Numbered from the stretch's first letter, positions 37,801 through 43,929 are shown. The stretch is DNA of 64,000 bases from Dehalococcoidia bacterium (GCA_965116305.1 OZ220673.1:469784-533783), one strand, 5' to 3'. The notes: generated by a model not told the origin, from the letters alone. Program-made: numbers and translations.

Positions 37801-38990
37801 TTCGGGGTGCTGAAGTTCAGGTGCTTCGGGATGACCCGGTGCTTCATCGCCAGCATCACCTTGATGAGGCTGGCGGCGCCTGCCGCCGACTCCAGGTGGC
37901 CGATGTTCGTCTTCACCGACCCCACGAGGAGCGGACGTTCCGCGTCGCGCCCCCTGCTGTACACCGTCCCCGTAGCCTGCATCTCGATGGGGTCGCCCAC
38001 CGGCGTCCCCGTCCCGTGCGCCTCCACGTAGTCCACTTCCCACGGCTCCAGCCCCGCGCGGAGCAGCGCCGCCTCGATCACCTGCTCCTGCGCGGGCTCG
38101 CTCGGCACCGTCAGCCCCGGACTCGCTCCGTCCTGGTTCAGCGCGGAGCCGCGGATGACGCCCCATATCCGGTCGCCGTCCGCCTCGGCCTCGCTGAGCC
38201 GCTTCAGTACGAGGATGCCGCAGCCCTCGCCCCGCACGTACCCGTTCGCCGCGGCGTCGAACGTCTTGCACCGCCCGTCCGGCGCCAGCATCCCGGCATT
38301 CGCCCGCAGCTCCAGCAGCCGACCCGACAGGATCGCGTGCACGCCTCCCGCGAGTGCGAGGTCGGCCTCGCCGCGCTGCAGCCCGGTCACCGCCTGGTGC
38401 ACCGCCACGAGCGAGGAGGAGCATGCCGTGTCCACCGCGATCGCCGGCCCCTGCAGCCCGAGCGCGAACGCCACCCGCCCGATGGCCGTGTTGAACGACG
38501 TGCCGGTGACCGTGTAGAGGCTCGCTGCGGGGTCTGCGGTGTCGCTGACGCCCAGGATGAGCCCCCGGTATTCGTTGTTGCTGATCCCCGCGTAGACCCC
38601 GGTGCGGCTGCCTTTCAGCGTGTCCGGGTCGATCCCCGCGTCTTCGAGCGCCCGCCAGCTCGTCTCCAGCATCAGCCGTTGCTGCGGGTCCAGCAGTTGC
38701 GCCTCCACCGGGGAGATGCGGAAGAACCCCGCGTCGAACTGGTCGATGTTGTCGATGTACGCCCCGAACCGGCACGCCTCGGCCTGCACCGCGGGGTCGG
38801 GGAACAGGTAGCCCACGCGACCGACGCCGGAGCCCGGAACGCCCTCGATGACCGCGCTCTCGCCCGCTTCGAGTTGACGCCAGAACGCCGGAAGCCCCGT
38901 TGCGCTGGGGAACCGGCACGCCATCCCCACCACCGCTATCGGCTCAGCGGGCTGCCCGCCGGATACCTCCGCCTTCCCCTCGGATGCCAT
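28899..38990 (-). CDS. Type I polyketide synthase, KS-AT-DH-cMT-ER-KR-ACP-KS-(vestigial AT)
   Basis: The single ORF runs to TTG 39011 (3370 aa). ATG 38990 is preceded by AGGGGGAAGG. All domain motifs were read directly and are listed in the domain features below. Confidence 0.95.
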   Translation of the reverse strand: MASEGKAEVSGGQPAEPIAVVGMACRFPSATGLPAFWRQLEAGESAVIEGVPGSGVGRVGYLFPDPAVQAEACRFGAYIDNIDQFDAGFFRISPVEAQLLDPQQRLMLETSWRALEDAGIDPDTLKGSRTGVYAGISNNEYRGLILGVSDTADPAASLYTVTGTSFNTAIGRVAFALGLQGPAIAVDTACSSSLVAVHQAVTGLQRGEADLALAGGVHAILSGRLLELRANAGMLAPDGRCKTFDAAANGYVRGEGCGILVLKRLSEAEADGDRIWGVIRGSALNQDGASPGLTVPSEPAQEQVIEAALLRAGLEPWEVDYVEAHGTGTPVGDPIEMQATGTVYSRGRDAERPLLVGSVKTNIGHLESAAGAASLIKVMLAMKHRVIPKHLNFSTPNPEIEWERLTVRVASETMEWPVVPDRPPRAGISGFGWSGTNAHVIVEGYGEPIAADSGNGLPAGPSMAVAIRMPEPGHPHPDLPPSRGKGPEEPESAARGTRLLPLSGKSRQALREHAERYIAWLDEHPGQFPPGSTASDEALSDMTWTASVGRSHFPHRAGVVFQDVASLRERLREVAEGDDTPDGPEPRAASKVAFVYTGQGSQWVGMGQALYESEPVFRAVLDRCERWVQEHRGASLLDVMFGRPGAAGDLDDPAWTQPATYALQCGLTALWSSLGVRPDVVMGHSLGEIAASQTAGVFSLEDGLRFASTRGELMASLPVAGAMAAVFAPAPQVVVALAEWNAASDGLGLSVAADNGAHQVVSGEAGEVEQIVQRFEAEGLRVNRLRSSPGYHSVLVEPALDDLAAVISGIAVVSPTIPLVSNVTGQPIEQGAVQDPAYWRRHARQPVAFRGCVETLAEMGVDAVVELGPHAVLGPMASLAWPESSAAPAVLSSLHRPPRDPAEPVLDSTGGFVEGVGAAYEAGIPFSLAGLFTGESRRRVALPGYPFQRQSHWVDEARRRRRAAAGHPLLGTRHESPRGEMLFETETLPTDPAWLDDHRVFGRVIAPGALYGAMAASALASAQGSVVVEEMQLVTPLVLPEQDGEQGAAQEGRSVQMVLDAPDGTSPRRFEIFSRGDGEEGWTLHAQGQVSSGSERQSRERVDTDALKAGMSKEDIAAFYRARAETNINLGPLFRTLQGLWCGEGEAVGEIVLPEALDGTGLPVHPVLLDGCFQVMAAARNRAGLEDGATYLPFGWESLRLAGQLPERVICHARMRESARDSDEESAAAGSREVFAGDLQFYSPEGVELGGLSGYTVKRATRAAVLSGTEGVNDLLYEVIWRDKPLPEGMPSADFLPGPSTIAAGSKPFSQYLVAEGVGADERTALLTDLERLSWRYALAALEQLGWERKVGETVEPEPLRERFGVSAEHTRLFRRLFELQARAGIVEAQGDGFVVLVGPGDPLPEAVPNDPEAFADEMASRYAHGSVEVGLFRRSANALADVLVGRADPLTLLFSSGEPTAADLYMRAPVAKAANRMLGDAVAALLESFPEGRRLRVLEVGAGTGSATELVLPELPAGRFDYVYTDISAGFFAEAEGRFGGSEASIEYRVLDIEKNPIAQGYDSHGYDLVIASNVLHATRYLEETLGHCRDLLAPSGQLLALENLRGQGWLDLTFGQLDGWWRFADSYRPHHALASPAVWRQALGDAGFVEAEVLGVEASASAEPDRGVIMAQGPAEVMEPAGVWVLAGDSRGVAEELAAALEARNQTVVPAGAEVEPESRESWRSLLEGLPADVPLNGVVHLLALDGHGQDATAEEFAQDVRHAAASALALAQGVTDADVTPAKGFWLLTRGGQVLEKEQGGEIAGATLWGFGKVVAREAVHLQPRMIDLDPRAQAPLSDLVNELLYPDAETHVAYRLGYRQAARLVRAGSATERLTLTEDSAWLLEPDAGGALEGLQIGPYPARPLEPRDVRVAVEAAGLNFWDLFRALGLIDEGLLGGEFCGRVLEVGADVTSVSVGERIVGLAFGTFGSEAITREEMVSPVPSGFSATELATIPTAFVSAALSFDLSGLNPGDRVLIHSGAGGVGLAAIQLAQAAGAEVFATASAPKQAYLRSLGVRHVFDSRSTKFGQEILDATGGEGVHVVVNSLTGEGFIDASLSCLAQGGRFIELARLDILTEEEMASVRPDVSYAILMLDVLKEHDPKTPGDALRRVMQQLEAGEVRPLVHSQWSMTEAGPGMKFMRAARHIGKIVFTTSPLESGRLREDRTYLVTGGLGGIGCALAEWLAERGAGAIVLNGRRPPDPEVAEAIDALQRRGVTVQVEIADVTDAGAVDRMLERIDATLPPLAGVIHSVGVLSDAALTNQSWERFEEVLWPKVLGAWRLHRATVGRDLDMFVLFSSVAGVLGNPGQANHAAANAFLDQLAGHRRAQGLPAQTIAWGAWSGLGEAEEQRERIARQLEAAGTGWITPEQGLKAFDLMLRQDMSAGMVAAVDWPTFAKNHEERPSLLEDLLTTTEDRAAEAAASPGDVLSGLWDASLEEREQMLSSFLQRELQAVMRLQTPPTASVEFSELGMDSLMAVELRNRVNRAFAGEYVAPNTVVFDYPSVTALARHLAGELGEPTEAALPERRAPEAQTRSGVQDGIAIVGMACRFPGAEDVSDFWRQLIAGESAIADGREGSGDWYGAVGDPAAKENTFLRGAFVKDIDLFDSRFFRIAPIEARMMDPQQRMMLETSWQALEDAGIDPDRLRGSRTGVYAGVGGSEYRDLIQTSGRSNSYLGTTGSVTVGRVAFALGLEGPAMPMDMACASSLAAVHQAVAGLQHGEVDLALAGGVNAVLSTQVTRFMDDLGMLSANGECRTFDADADGYVRGEGCGIVVLKRLSDAEADGDRIWGVIRGSAVNQNGASMGLTVPKGPAQERVIEEALARAGVEPSEVDYLEAHGVGSNLGDPIEVRAAAAVYGRGREADRPLLVGSVKTNIGHLESAAGIAALIKAVLAMEHGVIPKHLHLDNPNPNVDWEQLPVQVTTGTTDWPSVPDRPPRAGVSAFGMSGTNSHVIVEGYGEPASANGENGRPAGPSMPVAIPAQGPALDGATAGRETRLLPLSGKTDRALRELAERYIAWLDEHPEQFPPGSAASDATLSDMAWTASVGRSHFPYRAGVVFRDAASLREGLWAVAERGETPEEQEPRAASRVAFVYTGEGSQRMGMAEALYESEPAFRAVLDRCDATLREARGASLLDVMFGRPGAAGDLDDPAWTQPAVYALECALTALWSSVGVRPDVVVGHGPGELAASQTAGVFSLEDGLRVAVTRGESMASGAPNSLEAAVDGIALASPSIPVVSSLTGEPGADLVVELSLNDGFVEAVAGAYEAGLPLSFPGLFAGESRRRVALPGYPFQRRRHWIEPLERLIPGSGGC
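28944..29576 (-). other. PKS vestigial AT2 plus post-AT linker
   Basis: FVYTGEGSQR and GHGPGELAA (Gly codon 29292-29294 replaces the Ser). About 150 aa are missing relative to AT1, including the catalytic His region. It ends with the YPFQRRRHW linker. Confidence 0.8.
29967..31232 (-). other. PKS domain KS2
   Basis: IAIVGMACRFPG, DMACASSL, EAHGVGSNLGDPIE and KTNIGHLESAAG. The Cys-His-His triad is retained. Confidence 0.88.
31302..31544 (-). other. PKS domain ACP
   Basis: FSELGMDSLMAVELRNRV. Confidence 0.88.
31812..32360 (-). other. PKS domain KR (catalytic Tyr position occupied by His)
   Basis: YLVTGGLGGIGCALAEWL and LWPKVLGAWRL are present. FSSVAGVLGNPGQANHAAANAFLD has His (CAC, complement of 31917-31919) where Tyr is normally found. 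Confidence 0.8.
32397..33329 (-). other. PKS domain ER
   Basis: VLIHSGAGGVGLAAIQLAQAAGAEVFATAS (NADPH site). MDR-type fold. Confidence 0.85.
34032..34694 (-). other. PKS domain C-methyltransferase
   Basis: VLEVGAGTGSAT (motif I) and YDLVIASNVLHAT. Boundaries are approximate. Confidence 0.8.
35232..36104 (-). other. PKS domain DH
   Basis: HPLLG, LDDHRVFGRVIAPGA (HxxxGxxxxP) and HPVLLDGCFQ. Confidence 0.85.
36297..37223 (-). other. PKS domain AT1 (intact)
   Basis: FVYTGQGSQW, GHSLGEIAA (Ser codon 36936-36938), and RLRSSPGYHSV at the position of the HAFH/YASH specificity motif. Confidence 0.88.
37531..37572. repeat. 42-nt family E element inside the PKS coding sequence (KS1-AT1 linker)
   Basis: GGTCCCTTCCCCCTCGATGGGGGAAGGTCAGGATGGGGGTGA. 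Four further copies are listed under the other clusters. Confidence 0.85.
37662..38942 (-). other. PKS domain KS1
   Basis: IAVVGMACRFP, DTACSSSL (Cys codon 38421-38423), EAHGTGTPVGDPIE and KTNIGHLESAAG. Confidence 0.9.
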
Positions 38991-39060
38991 CGCCTTCCCC
39001 CTCTGACCCAAGCCGGGTCATGGACTGACAGACGCATTATAAGACTGCTGCGTCGCAAGT

Positions 39061-39252
39061 CCCGTCATTCCTGCGGAGGCCCGCACTTTAGCGCGCAACC
39101 TCGCCTGGTGTAGGGGCGTCCCTTGTGGGCGCCCTGTCTGGTCCCCTCTCCCTACAAGGGGAGAGGGTCAGGGTGAGGGTACTTCGGGGTTGGGTAGATG
39201 GGTCATGCCTTGCTCCCCTCGCCCACTGGGAGAGGGGCTGGGGGTGAGGGTT
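39061..39252. repeat. Composite repeat array in the PKS/ligase divergent spacer
   Basis: CCCGTCATTCCTGCGGAGG..CACTTTAGCGCGCAACCTCGC..GTGTAGGGGCGTCCCTTGTGGGCGCCCTGT..CCCCTCTCCCTACAAGGGGAGAGGGTCAGGGTGAGGGT, followed by a second B unit CCCCTCGCCCACTGGGAGAGGGGCTGGGGGTGAGGGT. Confidence 0.85.
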
Positions 39253-39305
39253 GGCGCTCCCGCGTTGACTGCTATGCCCGCGTCGTTTAGTTTCACGCCG
39301 AACCC

Positions 39306-40883
39306 ATGAGCCGCCCATCCCTTGCCCCCTACAACCCGGAGCCCGTACAGCGCCTGCTGCGGCAGGCAGCCGAGCAGTGGCCGGACGACACCGCCATCGT
39401 CGACGGCGACCGCCGGTTCACGTTCGCCCAACTCGACGACTGCTCCGGCAGGTTCGCGTCCGTGCTCGCGGCGATGGGCCTCGGCAAGGGCGACATCGTC
39501 GGCATCCTCTCCCCGAACTGCGCCGAGTTCGAGGTCGCCTTCTTCGGCATCCTGAAGGCGGGTGCGACCGTCACCACCGTCAACTCCGGCTATCGCGAGC
39601 GCGAGATCGCCTACCAATTGGAAGCGTCCGGCGCGCAGGCGCTCATCGTCCACCACACGCTCGCCGACGCCGCCGACCTCGCGCTCGCCGGCTCGGAGCA
39701 GGTGAGACACCGCATCCTCATCGCGGAAGAAGCGGACGCCGCACCCTCGTTCTGGTCGCTCATCGAGGCGCAGAGCGGCCCGCCGCCCGAGCCCGCGCTC
39801 GACTCGTACGAAGACATCGCCGCGTTGCCCTTCTCCTCCGGCACCACCGGCCTGCAGAAGGGCGTCATGCTCACCCACGCCAACCTCCACACCAACGTCC
39901 GGCAGAACCTCGGGCGCTCCGGCGAGGAGGGCGTCGTCCGCCGCGGCGACGTCATGCTCGTCCACCTGCCGCTCTTCCACATCTACGGCATGACCGTCCT
40001 CCAGCTGAGCGCTATCGCCGCCGGGGCGACGCAGGTGATGATGGGCCGGTTCGACATGGGGGAGATGCTGTCGCTCATCGCCGAGCACCGCGTCTCCGTG
40101 CTCTACACCGTGCCGCCCGTCTGCCTCGGCCTGACGCTCACGCCGCTGCTCGACGAGTACGACGTGTCGTCGCTGCGCTTCCTGCTCAGCGGCGCGGCGC
40201 CGCTCTCCGGCGAGTTGCAGACGCGGCTCGCGGAACGGCTCGGCTGCGCCGTCATCCAGGGCTACGGCCTCACCGAGACGTCGCCCATGACCAACACCGA
40301 CTTCACCGACGAGCGCGGCAGGCCCGGCACCATCGGTCCCGCGATACCGGATACCGAGGAGCGCGTCGTCGACCTCGAAACGGGCGAGCGCGACCTGCCT
40401 CCCGGCGAGCTCGGCGAGCTGCTCGTCCGCGGCCCGCAGGTGATGAAGGGCTACTACCGCCAGCCCGAGGCGACCGCGGAGGTCATCACCCCGGACGGCT
40501 GGTTCCACACCGGCGACATCGCAAGCATGGACGAGGACGGCTACGTGCGTGTCGTCGACCGCAAGAAGGAGCTCATCAAGTACAAGGGCTTCCAGGTCGC
40601 GCCCGCCGAGTTGGAGGGCCTGCTGCTGGAGCACCCCGGCGTCGCCGATGCAGCCGTCATCCCCAAGGCCGACGAGGAAGCCGGCGAGGTGCCCAAGGCG
40701 TTCGTCGTCCGGAAGGCCGAGGCTGAGGCTTCCGCCGCCGACCTCATGACGTTCGTCGCCGAGCGCGTCGCGACCTTCAAGCAGCTGCGCGAGGTCGAGT
40801 TCATCGACGCCATCCCCAAGAACGCCTCCGGTAAACTGTTGCGGCGCGTCCTCATCGACCAGGAGCGGGCGCGCGAAGCCTGA
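39306..40883 (+). CDS. AMP-dependent acyl-CoA synthetase/ligase (4-coumarate/long-chain fatty-acid CoA-ligase-like)
   Basis: 525-aa ORF. LPFSSGTTGLQKGVMLTHANL, GYGLTETS, GWFHTGDIASMDEDGYVRVVDRKKELIKYKGFQVAPAELE and PKNASGKLLRR. Divergent from the PKS. Confidence 0.9.
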   Translation: MSRPSLAPYNPEPVQRLLRQAAEQWPDDTAIVDGDRRFTFAQLDDCSGRFASVLAAMGLGKGDIVGILSPNCAEFEVAFFGILKAGATVTTVNSGYREREIAYQLEASGAQALIVHHTLADAADLALAGSEQVRHRILIAEEADAAPSFWSLIEAQSGPPPEPALDSYEDIAALPFSSGTTGLQKGVMLTHANLHTNVRQNLGRSGEEGVVRRGDVMLVHLPLFHIYGMTVLQLSAIAAGATQVMMGRFDMGEMLSLIAEHRVSVLYTVPPVCLGLTLTPLLDEYDVSSLRFLLSGAAPLSGELQTRLAERLGCAVIQGYGLTETSPMTNTDFTDERGRPGTIGPAIPDTEERVVDLETGERDLPPGELGELLVRGPQVMKGYYRQPEATAEVITPDGWFHTGDIASMDEDGYVRVVDRKKELIKYKGFQVAPAELEGLLLEHPGVADAAVIPKADEEAGEVPKAFVVRKAEAEASAADLMTFVAERVATFKQLREVEFIDAIPKNASGKLLRRVLIDQERAREA

Positions 40884-40894
40884 GGAGGAGCCCC

Positions 40895-41224
40895 GTGGCC
40901 TACGATGAACGCTTGACCGAGCGCGTGCTCGACATCCTCGGCGCGGAGCCGTCGCTAGTCCGGAAGAAGATGTTCGGCGGCGTCGCGTTCATGCTGCAGG
41001 GCAACATGGCCTGCGGCGTCATGGGGAGCGACCTCATGGTCCGCGTTCCGAAGGACGAGTACGAGGCCGCGCTGACGAGGCCCCACGCCCGCCGGATGGA
41101 GTTCACCGGCAGGCCCATGCGCGGCTTCGTGGTTGTGGGCCCCGAAGCCACCGATGACGCCGCGACCCTCGAGGACTGGGTTGCCACCGGCGCCGCCTAC
41201 GCCCTCAGCCTCCCACCCAAATAG
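40895..41224 (+). CDS. TfoX N-terminal-domain protein
   Basis: 109-aa ORF. LTERVLDILG...RKKMFGGVAFMLQGNMACGV...LMVRV is the TfoX_N pattern. Confidence 0.75.
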   Translation: MAYDERLTERVLDILGAEPSLVRKKMFGGVAFMLQGNMACGVMGSDLMVRVPKDEYEAALTRPHARRMEFTGRPMRGFVVVGPEATDDAATLEDWVATGAAYALSLPPK

Positions 41225-41229
41225 TACTT

Positions 41230-41523
41230 CCGTCATTCCCGCGCTTCAGCGCGCGCGGAGAGCGGGAATCCAGCAGCCCGGTGGTGTGGAATGGGGGTTG
41301 TCATGCTGAGCGGAGCGCAGCGGAGTCCGCGCTTTAGCGCGCAGCATCCTCTCGGGGCGTTGGTCCCCTCTCCCTTGAGGGAAGAGCGTGCCCTGCCTCC
41401 CCCACCTCTCCTGAGGGAGAGGTCGACGCGCTTGCGCGGCGGGTGAGGGCCTGCGGGGGAGTGGGCTGATGTGTGGCGTGTGGTCCCTTCCCCCTTGACG
41501 GGGGAAGGTTAGGATGGGGGTGA
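41230..41523. repeat. Intergenic repeat array (A, C, B, B, E)
   Basis: CCGTCATTCCCGCGCTTCAGCGCGCGCGGAGAGCGGGAATCC, CGCGCTTTAGCGCGC, CCCCTCTCCCTTGAGGGAAGAG, CCACCTCTCCTGAGGGAGAGG..GGGTGAGGGC, and the E copy at 41482-41523. Confidence 0.85.
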
Positions 41524-41540
41524 CTACGGAGGGTTGTCCC

Positions 41541-42329
41541 ATGACCGACGCCTACGCACTCGGCGACTCCGGCGAACGGCTGGCGGTCGTCGCGCGCTTC
41601 TTCGAGCCCGAGATGCGAGCCTTCATCGCTGAGGCCGCGCCCGCGCACCCCGGCCTCGCGCTCGACCTCGGCTGCGGCCCCGGCTACACGACCCGGCTCC
41701 TGCATGAGGTGACCGGTGCCGCCGCGACGGTCGGCGTCGACGTGTCGGAGCACTTCCTGCGCCTCGCTGCCGTCGACGCTCCGCTCTCGCTGCGGTTCGT
41801 GCAGCATGACCTTGCCGACGGCCCGCCGCCGGTCGACCCCGCGGACGTCGTCTTCTGCCACCTCCTGCTCTCCCACCTCCCCGATCCCCGGCAGGCCCTC
41901 GCATCGTGGGCGGGGCTCCTGGCGCCGGGCGGCGTGCTCCTCGTCGACGAGGTGGAGGCCATCCACACCGAGGACCCCGTCTTAGTCGAATACCTCGCGC
42001 TCGTCGAGACGGCCATCGCGGGCAGGGGAGGGGCGCTCTACGTCGGCCCGCAACTCGCCGCGATGGACGCGCCGGACGGCCTGCGCGTCCGCTCCAGCCG
42101 TGCCGTGGCGCACCCCGCCGCCGTGGCGGATGCGGCCGCCATGTTCAGCCTGACCTTCCGCACGCTCCGCGACGACCCCGCTGTGCAGGATATGTCGAGC
42201 CCGTCAGAACTCGCTGCGCTGGCCGACACCCTCGATGCACGCACGCGGCTCGACGCCCGGTCGCCCGTCACCTGGAGCATGCGCCAGATCGTCTACGAGC
42301 CCAGCGACCGCCGGATGTCCCACTCGTGA
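41541..42329 (+). CDS. Class I SAM-dependent methyltransferase
   Basis: ALDLGCGPGYTTRLL (motif I) and VLLVDEV. ATG 41541 follows GGAGGG. The ORF-track start at 41514 lies inside a repeat. Confidence 0.8.
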   Translation: MTDAYALGDSGERLAVVARFFEPEMRAFIAEAAPAHPGLALDLGCGPGYTTRLLHEVTGAAATVGVDVSEHFLRLAAVDAPLSLRFVQHDLADGPPPVDPADVVFCHLLLSHLPDPRQALASWAGLLAPGGVLLVDEVEAIHTEDPVLVEYLALVETAIAGRGGALYVGPQLAAMDAPDGLRVRSSRAVAHPAAVADAAAMFSLTFRTLRDDPAVQDMSSPSELAALADTLDARTRLDARSPVTWSMRQIVYEPSDRRMSHS

Positions 42330-42799
42330 TGCGCCGTGTCGTGCGCGACGGTGAGGATGAGCTCGACGAGCGACTGCTGCCCGCGCGTGGGGTGCGAGAA
42401 GACGATCTCCTGCCCGGCTGATGCCGCCATTGCGTCCGCCCAGATGTTGGCCGAGTGCTTCATCGACCAGAGGGCGGTTGCCAGCGGCATGCTCTCGTAC
42501 CCGCGCGCCGCCGCGACGACGTCCTGGTCGGTGGGGCGCAGCGTCGTCTGCCCCGCCGCGACCGCGCTCATGATGCGCTCCGCCCAGTTGCGCAGGTTGT
42601 CGGAGACGTGCTCGACGTACATCGTGACCGACCACGTCAGGTCCGGGTGCCGCACGCTCCCGTCCGCGCCGTCGAGCAGTTCCGCGTAGCGCCGCGGCGC
42701 GTCGAGGATCAGCGCCGTCGCCTCCTCCGGCGATATCGCCCACGAGTACCCGCACTCCCGGCACGGGTCCCCGTAGAACCTGGCTCCCCACATCGTCAT
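42293..42799 (-). CDS. DinB/YfiT-like metal-dependent hydrolase-fold protein
   Basis: 168-aa ORF. The histidine pattern (HVSDNLRNWAERI ... AHDTAHHEWDI) is typical of the DinB_2 four-helix bundle. Confidence 0.6.
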   Translation of the reverse strand: MTMWGARFYGDPCRECGYSWAISPEEATALILDAPRRYAELLDGADGSVRHPDLTWSVTMYVEHVSDNLRNWAERIMSAVAAGQTTLRPTDQDVVAAARGYESMPLATALWSMKHSANIWADAMAASAGQEIVFSHPTRGQQSLVELILTVAHDTAHHEWDIRRSLGS

Positions 42800-42815
42800 T
42801 TGTCTCTCCTTCAGT

Positions 42816-43020
42816 TATCCCCTCTCCCTTGAGGGGAGAGGGTTAGGGTGAGGGTGAACCGCGGACGAGGCGCAAGCCTCGTCGTTCCTGCGGAGGCTCG
42901 CGCTTTAGCGCGCAACCTCGCGGCCCTGTTCGGGTGTAGGGGCGTCCCTTGTGGGCGCCCTGTTTCCCCCACCTCTCCCTGGGGGAGAGGGCGCGTGTCG
43001 TGTACGCGTGGGTGAGGGCC
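42816..43020. repeat. Intergenic repeat array filling the DinB/SDR spacer
   Basis: CCCCTCTCCCTTGAGGGGAGAGGGTTAGGGTGAGGGTGAA, then GTTCCTGCGGAGGCTCGCGCTTTAGCGCGCAACCTCGCGG..GTGTAGGGGCGTCCCTTGTGGGCGCCCTGT..CCACCTCTCCCTGGGGGAGAGG..GGGTGAGGGCC. Confidence 0.85.
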
Positions 43021-43024
43021 ACCC

Positions 43025-43891
43025 CTACCGCAGCGTGAACCCGCTCACCGGGTGGTCGTCGTCGATGCCGGGGCCGCTGCCGCCCTCGGTCCAGCCGAAC
43101 TCCCGCAGCAACTGCTGGCTGTAGCAGACCCGGCCGCTCACCGCGTCGAGCGGCTCCGTCGCAAGCAGCAGCACGGCCTGCGCGAGCACGTTCGGGTGCT
43201 CGCCGCGCGGGTCGTCGTACCCCGTCACCAGGTTGTGGAATACCGTCCCCGGCGTCGGCACGATGAGCGACGGCGCGACCGCCGCGACGCCCACGCCGTC
43301 CGAGTACACCTCCGATGCCAGCCCTTGCGAGAAGCGTTCCAACGCAGCCTTCTGCGCGCCGTAGCCCGTGCCGCCCTTCAGCCGGTACTCCTCCGCGCCC
43401 TCGCCGACGTACGGCCCGTGCCCCGGCCCGATCGCCGCGACCGACGAGATGTTGACGATGCGGCCACTCCGGCGCGGGACCATGTCCTCCAATACGAGGC
43501 GGCTCAGGATGAACGGCGCGTGGACGTTCACCGCCCACGAGCGCATCCACCGGTTCACCGCGTACTCCGTCACCGGCAGGAAGTACGAGAGCGCCGCGTT
43601 GTTCACCAGCACGTCGACCGGCCCGTACAGCGACCGCGCCTCCTCCACGAGCCGCTCGCACTCGTCGGCCTCGGAGATGTTGACCGCGACCGCCGACGCC
43701 TCGTGTCCCGCGTCGCGGATGCCGGCGACCGTGTGTTCGAGCGAGCCTTCCAGCGGATGGTCGCCCTCGCGGAGCGTGCGCGCCGCGCACACCACGCTGC
43801 CGCCCTCCGCCGCGAGCACCCGCGCGATCTCCGCCCCGATGCCCCGGCTCGCCCCGGTCACGATCACCGTCTGCCCGTCCAGCTTCCCCAA
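43025..43891 (-). CDS. Short-chain dehydrogenase/reductase
   Basis: TVIVTGASRGIGAEIA, NNAA and YGAQKAALERF. The probable start is TTG 43891, 8 nt after GGAGG. The ORF-track start at 43978 would translate a repeat (PFPLDGGRLGWG). Confidence 0.8.
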   Translation of the reverse strand: MGKLDGQTVIVTGASRGIGAEIARVLAAEGGSVVCAARTLREGDHPLEGSLEHTVAGIRDAGHEASAVAVNISEADECERLVEEARSLYGPVDVLVNNAALSYFLPVTEYAVNRWMRSWAVNVHAPFILSRLVLEDMVPRRSGRIVNISSVAAIGPGHGPYVGEGAEEYRLKGGTGYGAQKAALERFSQGLASEVYSDGVGVAAVAPSLIVPTPGTVFHNLVTGYDDPRGEHPNVLAQAVLLLATEPLDAVSGRVCYSQQLLREFGWTEGGSGPGIDDDHPVSGFTLR

Positions 43892-43929
43892 CGCTCTCAC
43901 CTCCAACGTAGCCGGAGTATTGTATGCGC

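Noticed and set aside
39036-39058. A full sigma70-type promoter for the PKS, TTGCGA ... TATAAT.
   Set aside because: The -10 hexamer is perfect, but the candidate -35 (complement of 39053-39058) is only 11 nt away, which is too short. Only the -10 is mentioned, as a hint.
41514-41540. Upstream ATG starts lying inside repeats: the methyltransferase at 41514, the SDR at 43978, EamA at 47329 and hsdM at 12402.
   Set aside because: These extensions translate repeat DNA (for example PFPLDGGRLGWG) and lack Shine-Dalgarno sequences. Internal starts with good SDs give N-termini that match the family norms. scoB is the exception and is discussed as a finding.
42293-42329. 37-nt convergent overlap of the methyltransferase and DinB-like genes.
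   Set aside because: Short 3'-3' overlaps are common in compact genomes, and the exact DinB stop or MT stop is unambiguous. There is no evidence of functional significance.
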